IMG/VR virus record: IMGVR_UViG_3300036816_000056 | Coordinates: 1 to 56,300 of that record | Origin: a virus | Taxonomy: Duplodnaviria; Caudoviricetes | DNA length: 56,300 nucleotides | Strand: one strand, 5' to 3' | Shown here: piece after piece, positions 1 through 7,238 of the stretch | Layout: the number at the start of each line of letters is the position of its first letter | Position numbering within the stretch: the first letter of the stretch is position 1 | Translations under genes and position numbers: made by a program | Notes under the pieces: generated by a model | The model's database searches: none | What the model was told of the DNA's origin: nothing | What the model saw: only the letters and a program-made list of their open reading frames with translations

Positions 1-219
1 GTGGAAATCTCCCGAGGGAGATGTAGGCTTCTTGAACTCATTACTGCTAAGGGCTGGACTCAGACCGAGTATGCTAATCGATCTGGACGGTCTCAGCGGA
101 TGATATCCCATTTCTGTAACGATACCCGTGTAATGCTGCCTGAAGATATGTATACTGCCGTGCTCCTACTAGGGTGTGAATGGGACGATCTATATGAGTT
201 TGACATCAAGCGTACATGA
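1..219 (+). CDS. Small XRE-family HTH protein
   Basis: 72 aa; KGWTQTEYANRSGRSQRMISHF helix-turn-helix; LLGCEWDDLYE tail typical of XRE proteins. Confidence 0.85.
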   Translation: MEISRGRCRLLELITAKGWTQTEYANRSGRSQRMISHFCNDTRVMLPEDMYTAVLLLGCEWDDLYEFDIKRT

Positions 220-396
220 GGCGGTATTACCGCGCTCCCCCGGGTTGTTTAGAACAAATTGTTCTAAACTTCTGGTAAGTAAATAATACCTTTTTCCCAT
301 GACGTGTTGTGTCGCAATGTGTCGAACGTCCCGAAGGTAAAAGTTTACATCTCAGCACTTCACAAAACCACGAATTGACTTTATAAGAAAGATATT
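220..396 (-). ncRNA. Putative SOS-induced small RNA convergent on the XRE gene
   Basis: Downstream of the LexA-boxed promoter; no RBS-preceded ORF found; hairpins at 247-269 and 221-233; ends are inferred. Confidence 0.4.
247..269. repeat. 23-bp palindrome GTTTAGAACAA-A-TTGTTCTAAAC (operator or RNA hairpin)
   Basis: Perfect 11-bp arms, just downstream of the XRE gene. Confidence 0.6.
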
Positions 397-402
397 CCTA
401 AC

Positions 403-431
403 ATTATAACAAGAACGTACGTTCTTGTACA
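403..431 (-). promoter_or_regulatory. SigA-type promoter with a LexA (SOS) box in the spacer
   Basis: Minus strand reads TGTACA-17-TATAAT with an extended TG; palindromic AGAACGTACGTTCT (412-425) fits GAAC-N4-GTTC. Confidence 0.8.
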
Positions 432-525
432 GATCAAAAACATTGTCGAATACAAGCACAGTATAATATGAATCCAGCCAGATCAGCGTCGATAATTCGG
501 ATGTTTTTAGGTTGTTTCTGGTCAT

Positions 526-558
526 AAAAAAACCGCCAAGTACTTTACCTGACGGATT
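526..558 (-). terminator. Intrinsic terminator of the YolD-like operon
   Basis: Imperfect stem followed by a T-run on the minus strand, after the stop at 564. Confidence 0.55.
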
Positions 559-563
559 TAATC

Positions 564-899
564 TCATATAGAAGCTGCAGTAATCTCTTCAATCCTGATC
601 CAGCTGTAATCCTCTTCGCCTCTGACAAGCTTGATTCTTCTGCATGGCTTATCAATAGCTGTGACAACGCCCCGCAACTCCTCGTCATCAAACGGATTAA
701 ATACAGTCAGCGTGATAGACCTGCATTCCTGATACGATTCAAAAATCGCCCGCTCTATAAGCTGTATTTCCTGATCGTCTAGGACAGGCTTTCCTCGTTT
801 CTCCTGCTTATCCATCTCATTAAGGTAAGCCTGCCGATGTTCAGGAAGGATTATACGAGATCCTTCAATGATCCCGTTACCTGTCAATTTGCTTGCCAT
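564..899 (-). CDS. YolD-like protein
   Basis: SRIILPEHR...KPVLDDQEIQLIE...LRGVVTAID pattern; ATG at 899 with AAGGAGG RBS. Confidence 0.85.
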   Translation of the reverse strand: MASKLTGNGIIEGSRIILPEHRQAYLNEMDKQEKRGKPVLDDQEIQLIERAIFESYQECRSITLTVFNPFDDEELRGVVTAIDKPCRRIKLVRGEEDYSWIRIEEITAASI

Positions 900-912
900 A
901 ATAGATGCCTCC

Positions 913-1206
913 TTAATATTGGGTCCAATAATCCGTGTTGTTGGGGTTAGCCGGTGCTGGTCTATGATCAACCTTAGGACGTTCACCCTCACGCTCCCAA
1001 CCTTCCAAAATGATTATGTTTGACGTATCCATCTTGTCATCCCAATGTATGTACTCGGCGGCAATGAGGGCGTCCAAAGCAGCCATGACATCTGGCTTAT
1101 GCTTCCCTGTTTTAACCGTTAGCTCGTGAATTGTGGGAAACCTACGTCGTCCACCTTTGTAGTTGTACAAGATCCTCAGTACCTTGCGTTGAAAATCCGT
1201 CAACAT
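913..1206 (-). CDS. Small winged-HTH protein resembling the LexA N-terminal domain
   Basis: MLTDFQRKVLRIL...FPTIHEL resembles LexA LT.RQ...PPS.RE; no peptidase domain; GGGGG RBS. Confidence 0.6.
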   Translation of the reverse strand: MLTDFQRKVLRILYNYKGGRRRFPTIHELTVKTGKHKPDVMAALDALIAAEYIHWDDKMDTSNIIILEGWEREGERPKVDHRPAPANPNNTDYWTQY

Positions 1207-1217
1207 TTTAAGTCCCC

Positions 1218-1412
1218 CTATGCTGTCGTTCTTATTGGACGGCATGCCAGTAAACGGGATTCCCTAAACGTACGTGGCTTTCCCGACAATAGATCATCAG
1301 CTTTAATCATCCCCGACCGTATGCTCTTGACCTGGATACGTCGTTTGGTGATCTTTCCACTTTGATCCTCATAGATAATTTCAACCAACCTACCCAAGTA
1401 TTTCACCGGCAT
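1218..1412 (-). CDS. Stand-alone mini WYL/SH3-like protein
   Basis: VEIIYEDQSGKITKRRI...PRTFRESRL matches the WYL pattern; GGAGG RBS. Confidence 0.65.
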   Translation of the reverse strand: MPVKYLGRLVEIIYEDQSGKITKRRIQVKSIRSGMIKADDLLSGKPRTFRESRLLACRPIRTTA

Positions 1413-1432
1413 GTTCTTCCCTCCAATCACAC

Positions 1433-1483
1433 AGAACGTTTGTTTGTATTTTTATTATATGCGAATGTATGTTCGTTATTCAA
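1433..1483 (-). promoter_or_regulatory. SigA promoter with two LexA boxes
   Basis: TTGAAT-18-TATAAT; CGAACATACATTCG (1462-1475) in the spacer and AGAACGTTTGTTTG (1433-1446) downstream. Confidence 0.75.
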
Positions 1484-1486
1484 CAG

Positions 1487-1521
1487 AAAAAAATACCCAG
1501 TCCGAAGACTGGGCATTTTCT
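1487..1521. terminator. Terminator after the toxin-immunity pair
   Basis: cccagtc-cgaa-gactggg stem flanked by A and T runs. Confidence 0.75.
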
Positions 1522-1547
1522 TGTTTTCTTTAACTGATACAGTCCAA

Positions 1548-1799
1548 TTAGAATACAGCCGTGATAGTTAACTCATCATTTTTAAATAGCTCTAAAAATG
1601 TTTTCCCGTTAAGTTTGCTCTCCTTAATCATTTCTTCATAAGTTGTAAAGATTGGACCTTGCGTTTTGTTTTCACATACAAAAGCAAAGCCATCTTTATG
1701 AGAAAGGAATGCATACTGTTTGTTATCAAAGACAAATTCTATTTCTCTATGCTCCCAAATAAACTGAAGAATTTCTTCGTAAGTAAACTTTTCACTCAT
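1548..1799 (-). CDS. Putative immunity protein
   Basis: 83 aa, acidic (REIEFVF...NGKTFLE); starts 11 nt after the toxin stop. Confidence 0.65.
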   Translation of the reverse strand: MSEKFTYEEILQFIWEHREIEFVFDNKQYAFLSHKDGFAFVCENKTQGPIFTTYEEMIKESKLNGKTFLELFKNDELTITAVF

Positions 1800-1810
1800 A
1801 TCATCACCAC

Positions 1811-2485
1811 CTAGAATCTTTGACCATTGATCCATTTATGTCTATGCGGAAACGTATGTGATCCATCCGCATTTGAATGGTCGTAGTCGATATCTTCGTC
1901 TGCATTACCATTTTTATCATAGTATCTACGTTGTTTCAACCCCTTCGAATCGTACAGATCTTCGGTAGAACGTGGTTTGCCGGTTCTTTCAAGAGTATTT
2001 TTATATGGTGGGCGTCTATCCGTATGTGTACCTGCTTTAGTACCATTTTTCTTAGCGTCCTGATAAGCCTTTTCTGCTGCAATTTCTGCTTCGGCTGCAT
2101 CCTTTTCCGCAAAATAAGCTTTAACTTTATTATATATCGTTGAACCCGCGTAGTATGTAACACCTCCTACAACAATAACTCCAGTAGCTAGCAACGCGAC
2201 TTCACCAACTCCTGGTATGAAATAAACACCGGCTGCCAATCCAATATTTGATACCGCTAATTGGTCGGCTGGTAATTGACCTCCAGATAGATCATCAACA
2301 GGAACTACATAGAAATCTTGATATGCATCTGTTGTTGCTGTTTCCTGCTCGGAATTTGTGTCCGCTATAACTGATTGTTCTACTTTAATACTTTCATCTG
2401 ACGCATCAGCAAAAACTTGAACACCTGCTACACCTGCAAATAATGATAATGATAGCATTGCACCCATAAACTTTCTTAAAACCAT
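1811..2485 (-). CDS. Secreted polymorphic toxin with a C-terminal predicted nuclease domain (Ntox24-like)
   Basis: Signal peptide (VFA-D); hydrophobic Gly-rich segment GVYFIPGVGEVALLATG; C-terminal RRYYD..G...DIDY.H...PHRHKW. Confidence 0.65.
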   Translation of the reverse strand: MVLRKFMGAMLSLSLFAGVAGVQVFADASDESIKVEQSVIADTNSEQETATTDAYQDFYVVPVDDLSGGQLPADQLAVSNIGLAAGVYFIPGVGEVALLATGVIVVGGVTYYAGSTIYNKVKAYFAEKDAAEAEIAAEKAYQDAKKNGTKAGTHTDRRPPYKNTLERTGKPRSTEDLYDSKGLKQRRYYDKNGNADEDIDYDHSNADGSHTFPHRHKWINGQRF

Positions 2486-2753
2486 TCTCTCATCTCCTAT
2501 TTTTTTAAAATTGAAGTGTAATCTTACCATATTAATATTAGTTAAAACATAAACAATATGTCACAAATAATATAATAAAAAAATACATAATGGCGTATTA
2601 TTAATTTATCTATAATTCAAAAGTAGTAATTATTCGACATTTTTTTTATTTTATAGTTTAATAAACACAAATATTTTCAATAGAATATTTTATCCCATAA
2701 CTTACCGCCTCAATCCTTTATGGCAAACGATATAATTGGGTTGAGGTGTTTTT

Positions 2754-3611
2754 ATGTTTATCAGTCCAATGTTACTCGCAACAGCTCCGGGTCCATTTAG
2801 TCACTCGAATTTTATATATGAACCTAAAGTTGATGGGCACCGGTTGATATATTCGCAACAGTCCGGCAATGTCCGGTTATACACACGTCATAACAATGAT
2901 TGCACCCGTCAGTACCCTGAATTGCTTCTGCCTTTTGATGATGATATTATCCTGGACGGCGAGGTGGCATGCACTGATCCCGAAACCGGACTGAATGACT
3001 TCGAGGCTGTGATGAGCCGATTTAGCACACGTCAGCACTCTAAGGTTCAGCAGCTCATCAAGAAGCTGCCTGCAACGTTTGCCATATTTGATATTCTTTT
3101 TTACCAAGGCCGGGATCTACGTAAGCTACCTCTTATGGAACGCAAGATGATCCTACACAGTTTATCTCTTCCTTCCTCTAACTTTGGAGTTGTGCCCCAT
3201 ATAGAAGGCGCTGGAGAGGATCTATTCGCTCAGATTGAAGCCATGGGTATGGAAGGTGTAGTTGGCAAACGCAAGGACAGCCAGTACGTTAGCAGACGGT
3301 CCAGGGACTGGCAAAAGGTCATTAACTGGTCTTATGCTGATGTTTATATCACTGGGTATCGAAAAACTGAATTCGGATGGCTTGCTGCTGTGCCCGATCT
3401 GTCCGGCAGGCTGCGACCAGCAGGAATAATTGAGCATGGCCCAAATCAAAAGCATAAGCAGGCATTTCGCGGTGTATGCCAGCAGCTCGTAACAGGCCAG
3501 GATAAGGATTATGTGTACCTGGAACCGAAGATACAAGCCAGGGTCAAGATGCGGAACTGGACAAAGTCCGGCTTGCTACGTATACCCGTGTTTGATCAAT
3601 TTATTGTGTGA
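2754..3611 (+). CDS. ATP-dependent DNA ligase (LigD/SPbeta LigB-like)
   Basis: EPKVDGHR motif I, ILDGE, FDIL, EGVVGKR, SRDWQK. Confidence 0.92.
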   Translation: MFISPMLLATAPGPFSHSNFIYEPKVDGHRLIYSQQSGNVRLYTRHNNDCTRQYPELLLPFDDDIILDGEVACTDPETGLNDFEAVMSRFSTRQHSKVQQLIKKLPATFAIFDILFYQGRDLRKLPLMERKMILHSLSLPSSNFGVVPHIEGAGEDLFAQIEAMGMEGVVGKRKDSQYVSRRSRDWQKVINWSYADVYITGYRKTEFGWLAAVPDLSGRLRPAGIIEHGPNQKHKQAFRGVCQQLVTGQDKDYVYLEPKIQARVKMRNWTKSGLLRIPVFDQFIV

Positions 3612-3647
3612 TTATATATTGTAAAGACAATACAGGAGGTGCTTTGT

Positions 3648-4319
3648 ATGTGTGGTAGATTTACGATCACTGACCCCATAGACGCTATAATGGACAGGTA
3701 CTATGCATCTATTGCAGACGGATTTGAGTATCGCCCCAACTATAATGCTGCACCTATGCAGTACATCCCTACCATTATAGGGAGCAAAGACGGCAATAGA
3801 CTGGGCTCGCTCAGATGGGGACTGGTACCAGTTTGGGCCAAAGATGACAAGATCGGCAACAAGATGATTAACGCTCGGGCTGAGACGTTAGCCGAAAAGC
3901 CGGCCTTCAAACGTCTGATCAACTCCAAGCGCTGCATCATCCCAACAAACGGATTTTATGAGTGGCGTAAGGAAGGATCGAGTAAACAACCTATGCGAAT
4001 TCTGATGAAGAACGATAGCATCTTTTCTTTGGCTGGGCTGTACGATACCTGGACAGATCCAGACGGCAATAAACTGAGTACGTGCACCATTATTACAACC
4101 GAACCAAATAGCCTTATGGAAGACATTCATAATCGCATGCCTGTTATTCTGCACCCCGAGGATGAGGCGGAATGGCTCGGAAGAGATAGTGAAGGTATTC
4201 AGTCTCTTCTTGGTCTGCTTAAGCCATATCAAGCGTCTAAGATGAGAGCATATGAGGTACCAAAGGAAGTTGGTAATGTGCGTAATAATAATAAAGAATT
4301 ATTAAAAGAAATAGGTTAA
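3648..4319 (+). CDS. SRAP family abasic-site protein (YoqW/YedK/HMCES-like)
   Basis: N-terminal MCGRF, INARAET, GFYEW, HNRMPVIL. Confidence 0.95.
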   Translation: MCGRFTITDPIDAIMDRYYASIADGFEYRPNYNAAPMQYIPTIIGSKDGNRLGSLRWGLVPVWAKDDKIGNKMINARAETLAEKPAFKRLINSKRCIIPTNGFYEWRKEGSSKQPMRILMKNDSIFSLAGLYDTWTDPDGNKLSTCTIITTEPNSLMEDIHNRMPVILHPEDEAEWLGRDSEGIQSLLGLLKPYQASKMRAYEVPKEVGNVRNNNKELLKEIG

Positions 4320-4364
4320 AGAGTTATTAGCTTTATCGACTTATAAGGTCGGTAGAGCTTTTTA
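4320..4364 (+). terminator. Terminator after ligase-SRAP
   Basis: agctttatcgac...gtcggtagagct followed by a T-run. Confidence 0.7.
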
Positions 4365-4467
4365 TTACTTCTAACACTTAATTGAATATATAGTTATTAT
4401 TGTTTAGACCATCCTTGTTAAATTTTGTATTATTAAATTCGAATAAAAATTAGGAGGACAAGTTTAA

Positions 4468-5265
4468 ATGAGAAGAAAGATTAATTTATTTTTAATTCTA
4501 ACACTAATTGTATCAGTATTTATCCCCTTATCATCTGTGAGTGCCTATACGGGTGGGTATGCTAATGGAAAAGATTCCATAATTATGATCCCCGATAACT
4601 ACTTCATTACAAAACCGCATGATTCGAAAGTTGTTACGACATTAATCACTGATAACAACGAAACAACAGGAACCTTACTTCCTAAAAGTAAAATGTTGAT
4701 GATTGATTTAGGAACAGATAGAACAATCGATTCTTTTAAAATAAATAGTGATTTAAAAAGTATGAGAATTAGTTTTCAGGATCGATCTGTTGGTTACTTG
4801 CATGAGTTTACCCTTAATGGTGGTAGTGGGGCCCTCGAACCAATCCCAAACGGTAAAGTAATAAGTAAAGTAAGATACATCACTTTGTACACCATGTCTG
4901 GAGAAGATATCAACATAAATGAACTCGACTTTTTTTATAGTAAAGATCCAGATTCTGTACCCGATCCTACAAATCCTACAGACCCAACGAATCCTACAGA
5001 CCCAACAGACCCAATTGAACCTACAGCAAATCATGCAATTCTAGTTGTAACAATGACAACTGGGCTAGAAAAAGAATATGATCTTCCAATTAGTGATGTA
5101 AATGCATTCCTCAACTGGTACGATGCTCGTGATGCAGGAACTGGACCAGCTAAATTCGCCATAAACAAATACAGCAACAACAAAGGTCCATTCAGTAAGC
5201 GTACAGATTACGTGATTTTCGATAAGATTTTAACGTTTGAAGTAAGTGAATATACGACCAACTAA
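4468..5265 (+). CDS. Secreted protein: discoidin/F5-8-like domain, PT(D/N) linker, C-terminal domain of unknown function
   Basis: Signal peptide; LITDNNETT...IDLG...I.ELDFF pattern; Pro/Thr linker. Confidence 0.6.
   Translation: MRRKINLFLILTLIVSVFIPLSSVSAYTGGYANGKDSIIMIPDNYFITKPHDSKVVTTLITDNNETTGTLLPKSKMLMIDLGTDRTIDSFKINSDLKSMRISFQDRSVGYLHEFTLNGGSGALEPIPNGKVISKVRYITLYTMSGEDININELDFFYSKDPDSVPDPTNPTDPTNPTDPTDPIEPTANHAILVVTMTTGLEKEYDLPISDVNAFLNWYDARDAGTGPAKFAINKYSNNKGPFSKRTDYVIFDKILTFEVSEYTTN
4961..5025 (+). repeat. 9-bp period repeat encoding the PT(D/N) linker
   Basis: gatcctaca/aatcctaca/gacccaacg/aatcctaca/gacccaaca. Confidence 0.8.
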
Positions 5266-5330
5266 TTACACGACTTTGTGCTTATTGCACGGAGTCTTTT
5301 CTTTACAGAAATATATGGAAATTAAATTAA

Positions 5331-5346
5331 AGGTCTGATAGACTAT
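5331..5346 (+). promoter_or_regulatory. Copy 1 of duplicated promoter core AGGTCTGATAGACTAT
   Basis: Identical to 5989-6004; TGGAAA-17-TAGACT with extended TG. Confidence 0.6.
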
Positions 5347-5377
5347 TCTGGATTGATTACATAGTTGGAGGAGCAAG

Positions 5378-5713
5378 ATGCTTGATTACTTATTAAAAGT
5401 TTTCGGATGGCTAACTTTGGTAGGTGTAATATTATTCTTTTTTGTAGGAGGAGTAGCACTTTTCTACAGATCTTTTATAAATATAAAGATAAAAATATTT
5501 AAAAAAGGTCATGACTTGAAATGCAACGAATGCGGAAATAAAGTCCCACATGATGCTCTCTGTTGTGAATGGTGTGGTGTACGCTTTAAACGAACAGATC
5601 CCTTAGCAAACTCTATATTTTATTGTTTTATTTTTGGTTGTATGCTGATCACTGGCGGGTTAGGCATGACGCAAGAATTCTATGATAGTATTTTTTTCTT
5701 CTTATATGACTAA
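5378..5713 (+). CDS. Two-TM membrane protein with a zinc ribbon
   Basis: CNECG...CEWCG between two hydrophobic helices; GGAGGAG RBS. Confidence 0.75.
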   Translation: MLDYLLKVFGWLTLVGVILFFFVGGVALFYRSFINIKIKIFKKGHDLKCNECGNKVPHDALCCEWCGVRFKRTDPLANSIFYCFIFGCMLITGGLGMTQEFYDSIFFFLYD

Positions 5714-5743
5714 ATGTAACAGGAGCTACCATTGGGGTTGCTC

Positions 5744-5950
5744 CTATTTTTGTACCCTAAACTCAAACGTATCACGAAAGTATCTCTTCCCCATAATTTT
5801 AATGGATAATGTGCTATACTCTTCTACTGGCCCGCCGTAGTCAATGATGTGTTCTAGATCATCAAGGGTGTGCCATACAGATACCTGAGTCTGAGATAAT
5901 GCAGCGACAAGGAATTCTACATCTGTTTCTAACACTCTATATGTATTCAT
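5744..5950 (-). CDS. Hypothetical protein
   Basis: 68 aa, GGGAG RBS. Confidence 0.6.
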   Translation of the reverse strand: MNTYRVLETDVEFLVAALSQTQVSVWHTLDDLEHIIDYGGPVEEYSTLSIKIMGKRYFRDTFEFRVQK

Positions 5951-5988
5951 TCTCCCACATCCATAGATTTTTATAGAAAATTATACCT

Positions 5989-6004
5989 AGGTCTGATAGA
6001 CTAT
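5989..6004 (+). promoter_or_regulatory. Copy 2 of duplicated promoter core AGGTCTGATAGACTAT
   Basis: Identical to 5331-5346; TAGAAA-17-TAGACT. Confidence 0.6.
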
Positions 6005-6043
6005 GTTCTGTTGTTAATTATTACTATATCAGGAGGAATTGCA

Positions 6044-6595
6044 TTGCGTAAAGTTACTTCTTTGTTCTGTACATTATCAATTCTATTTAGTTTGCTAGCT
6101 CCTACCATGGATGCCGCTGAATTCAACCCAAAGCAATTGTTAGAAAAAAAATACCCCAGAGAACGTGTTACTGTCAGTAAGTCCATCGATCTGAATGGTG
6201 ATAACAAGAAAGAACACTTATTGATTACGGACTCAGACAACTTTTACTTTATTAACTCTAAAGGTGTAATTGTACTTATAGATACAAACTACTATAACGA
6301 AGAAGAACCCACCTTCCATATACTTAACATTTCCTCAAAAGAGAAACATGTTGCTATAACGTTAGACTATCCACCTTCAAACACTGAAATATTTGTTTTT
6401 AAGTACCAGGATGGGACGCTAAAAAAGAAACTCTCTATTGTTGGTGATGTAAGTATTAAAATATCTAAGTCAGGTGAGATCAGACAAGCGTGGAAGAATC
6501 ATTTACCCGAAGGAGGATGGGACACAGCTGTGGCCTACTATAAGTGGGATATTAAGAAAGATAAATATATAGGTTCAGGTAAATTATCGCGCTAA
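6044..6595 (+). CDS. Secreted beta-rich hypothetical protein
   Basis: TTG start after AGGAGG; signal peptide; DLNGDNKKE FG-GAP-like loop. Confidence 0.7.
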   Translation: MRKVTSLFCTLSILFSLLAPTMDAAEFNPKQLLEKKYPRERVTVSKSIDLNGDNKKEHLLITDSDNFYFINSKGVIVLIDTNYYNEEEPTFHILNISSKEKHVAITLDYPPSNTEIFVFKYQDGTLKKKLSIVGDVSIKISKSGEIRQAWKNHLPEGGWDTAVAYYKWDIKKDKYIGSGKLSR

Positions 6596-6633
6596 TGTAA
6601 CAAGCCACTTCCTGCAGGAAGTGGCTTGTTACA
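6596..6633. repeat. Perfect 38-bp palindrome between convergent genes (possible bidirectional terminator)
   Basis: TGTAACAAGCCACTTCCTG-CAGGAAGTGGCTTGTTACA. Confidence 0.85.
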
Positions 6634-6650
6634 AAGTTCTATAGATTACA

Positions 6651-7220
6651 TTAATGAAGTGGTCTTCCATGGTCGTCAATATCAATAATCTCTAGATATA
6701 TACCTTCTGGTAAATTACTGTTATTGTTTTTAAGTTTGTTGTACTCTGCTTTATTTACAGGACTGACTTTTACTCTCCCCACAGGTCTTCCATGTGACAT
6801 ATACAATTTAATTTCTAAATTTTCTTCATTCAGAAAATTAAAATTCTTGCTCCATTCCTCTACTTCTTTTCTTTTTTGTTCAATTAATTTCACACTGAAG
6901 ATCTCATGATTTTGTAAAATTTTATTTCGAATCAATAATCTAGAAGTTAGCACTAAAATCATCATTCCGGGTATTATCAAAAGAAAAAGCACTGGAAACA
7001 AGTCCGATCGGATAGTTAAATTTAAACCAATATACAATAATCCCGCAATAAATGATGAGGCTAACCAAGTGAAGGGAAAGAAATTAAAAAAAACCATTCG
7101 AAATGACTTCGTTCGACCAATCGGGAATGATGTATTCCATAGAGAAAAATAATAAAAAAGGAAGGAAACAAGGAACCAAAACAACAATAAACCTAATTGA
7201 ATTAAAACCCAAAGTGGCAT
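6651..7220 (-). CDS. Membrane protein (about 3 TM helices plus a soluble C-terminal domain)
   Basis: Hydrophobic N-terminal 100 aa; AGGAGG RBS 18 nt after the lipase stop. Confidence 0.75.
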   Translation of the reverse strand: MPLWVLIQLGLLLFWFLVSFLFYYFSLWNTSFPIGRTKSFRMVFFNFFPFTWLASSFIAGLLYIGLNLTIRSDLFPVLFLLIIPGMMILVLTSRLLIRNKILQNHEIFSVKLIEQKRKEVEEWSKNFNFLNEENLEIKLYMSHGRPVGRVKVSPVNKAEYNKLKNNNSNLPEGIYLEIIDIDDHGRPLH

Positions 7221-7238
7221 ACTTGCTCCTCCTTTCAA

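Noticed and set aside
251-265. AGAACAAATTGTTCT as a LexA box
   Set aside because: Spacer is 5 bp rather than 4; kept only as a palindrome
352-567. 71-aa ORF from the track
   Set aside because: No RBS; overlaps a terminator, a promoter and a LexA box
2708-2746. Inverted repeat as an RBS-sequestering riboswitch for the ligase
   Set aside because: The likely -10 (TATAAT, 2731-2736) lies in the loop, so the left arm would not be transcribed; no aptamer recognised
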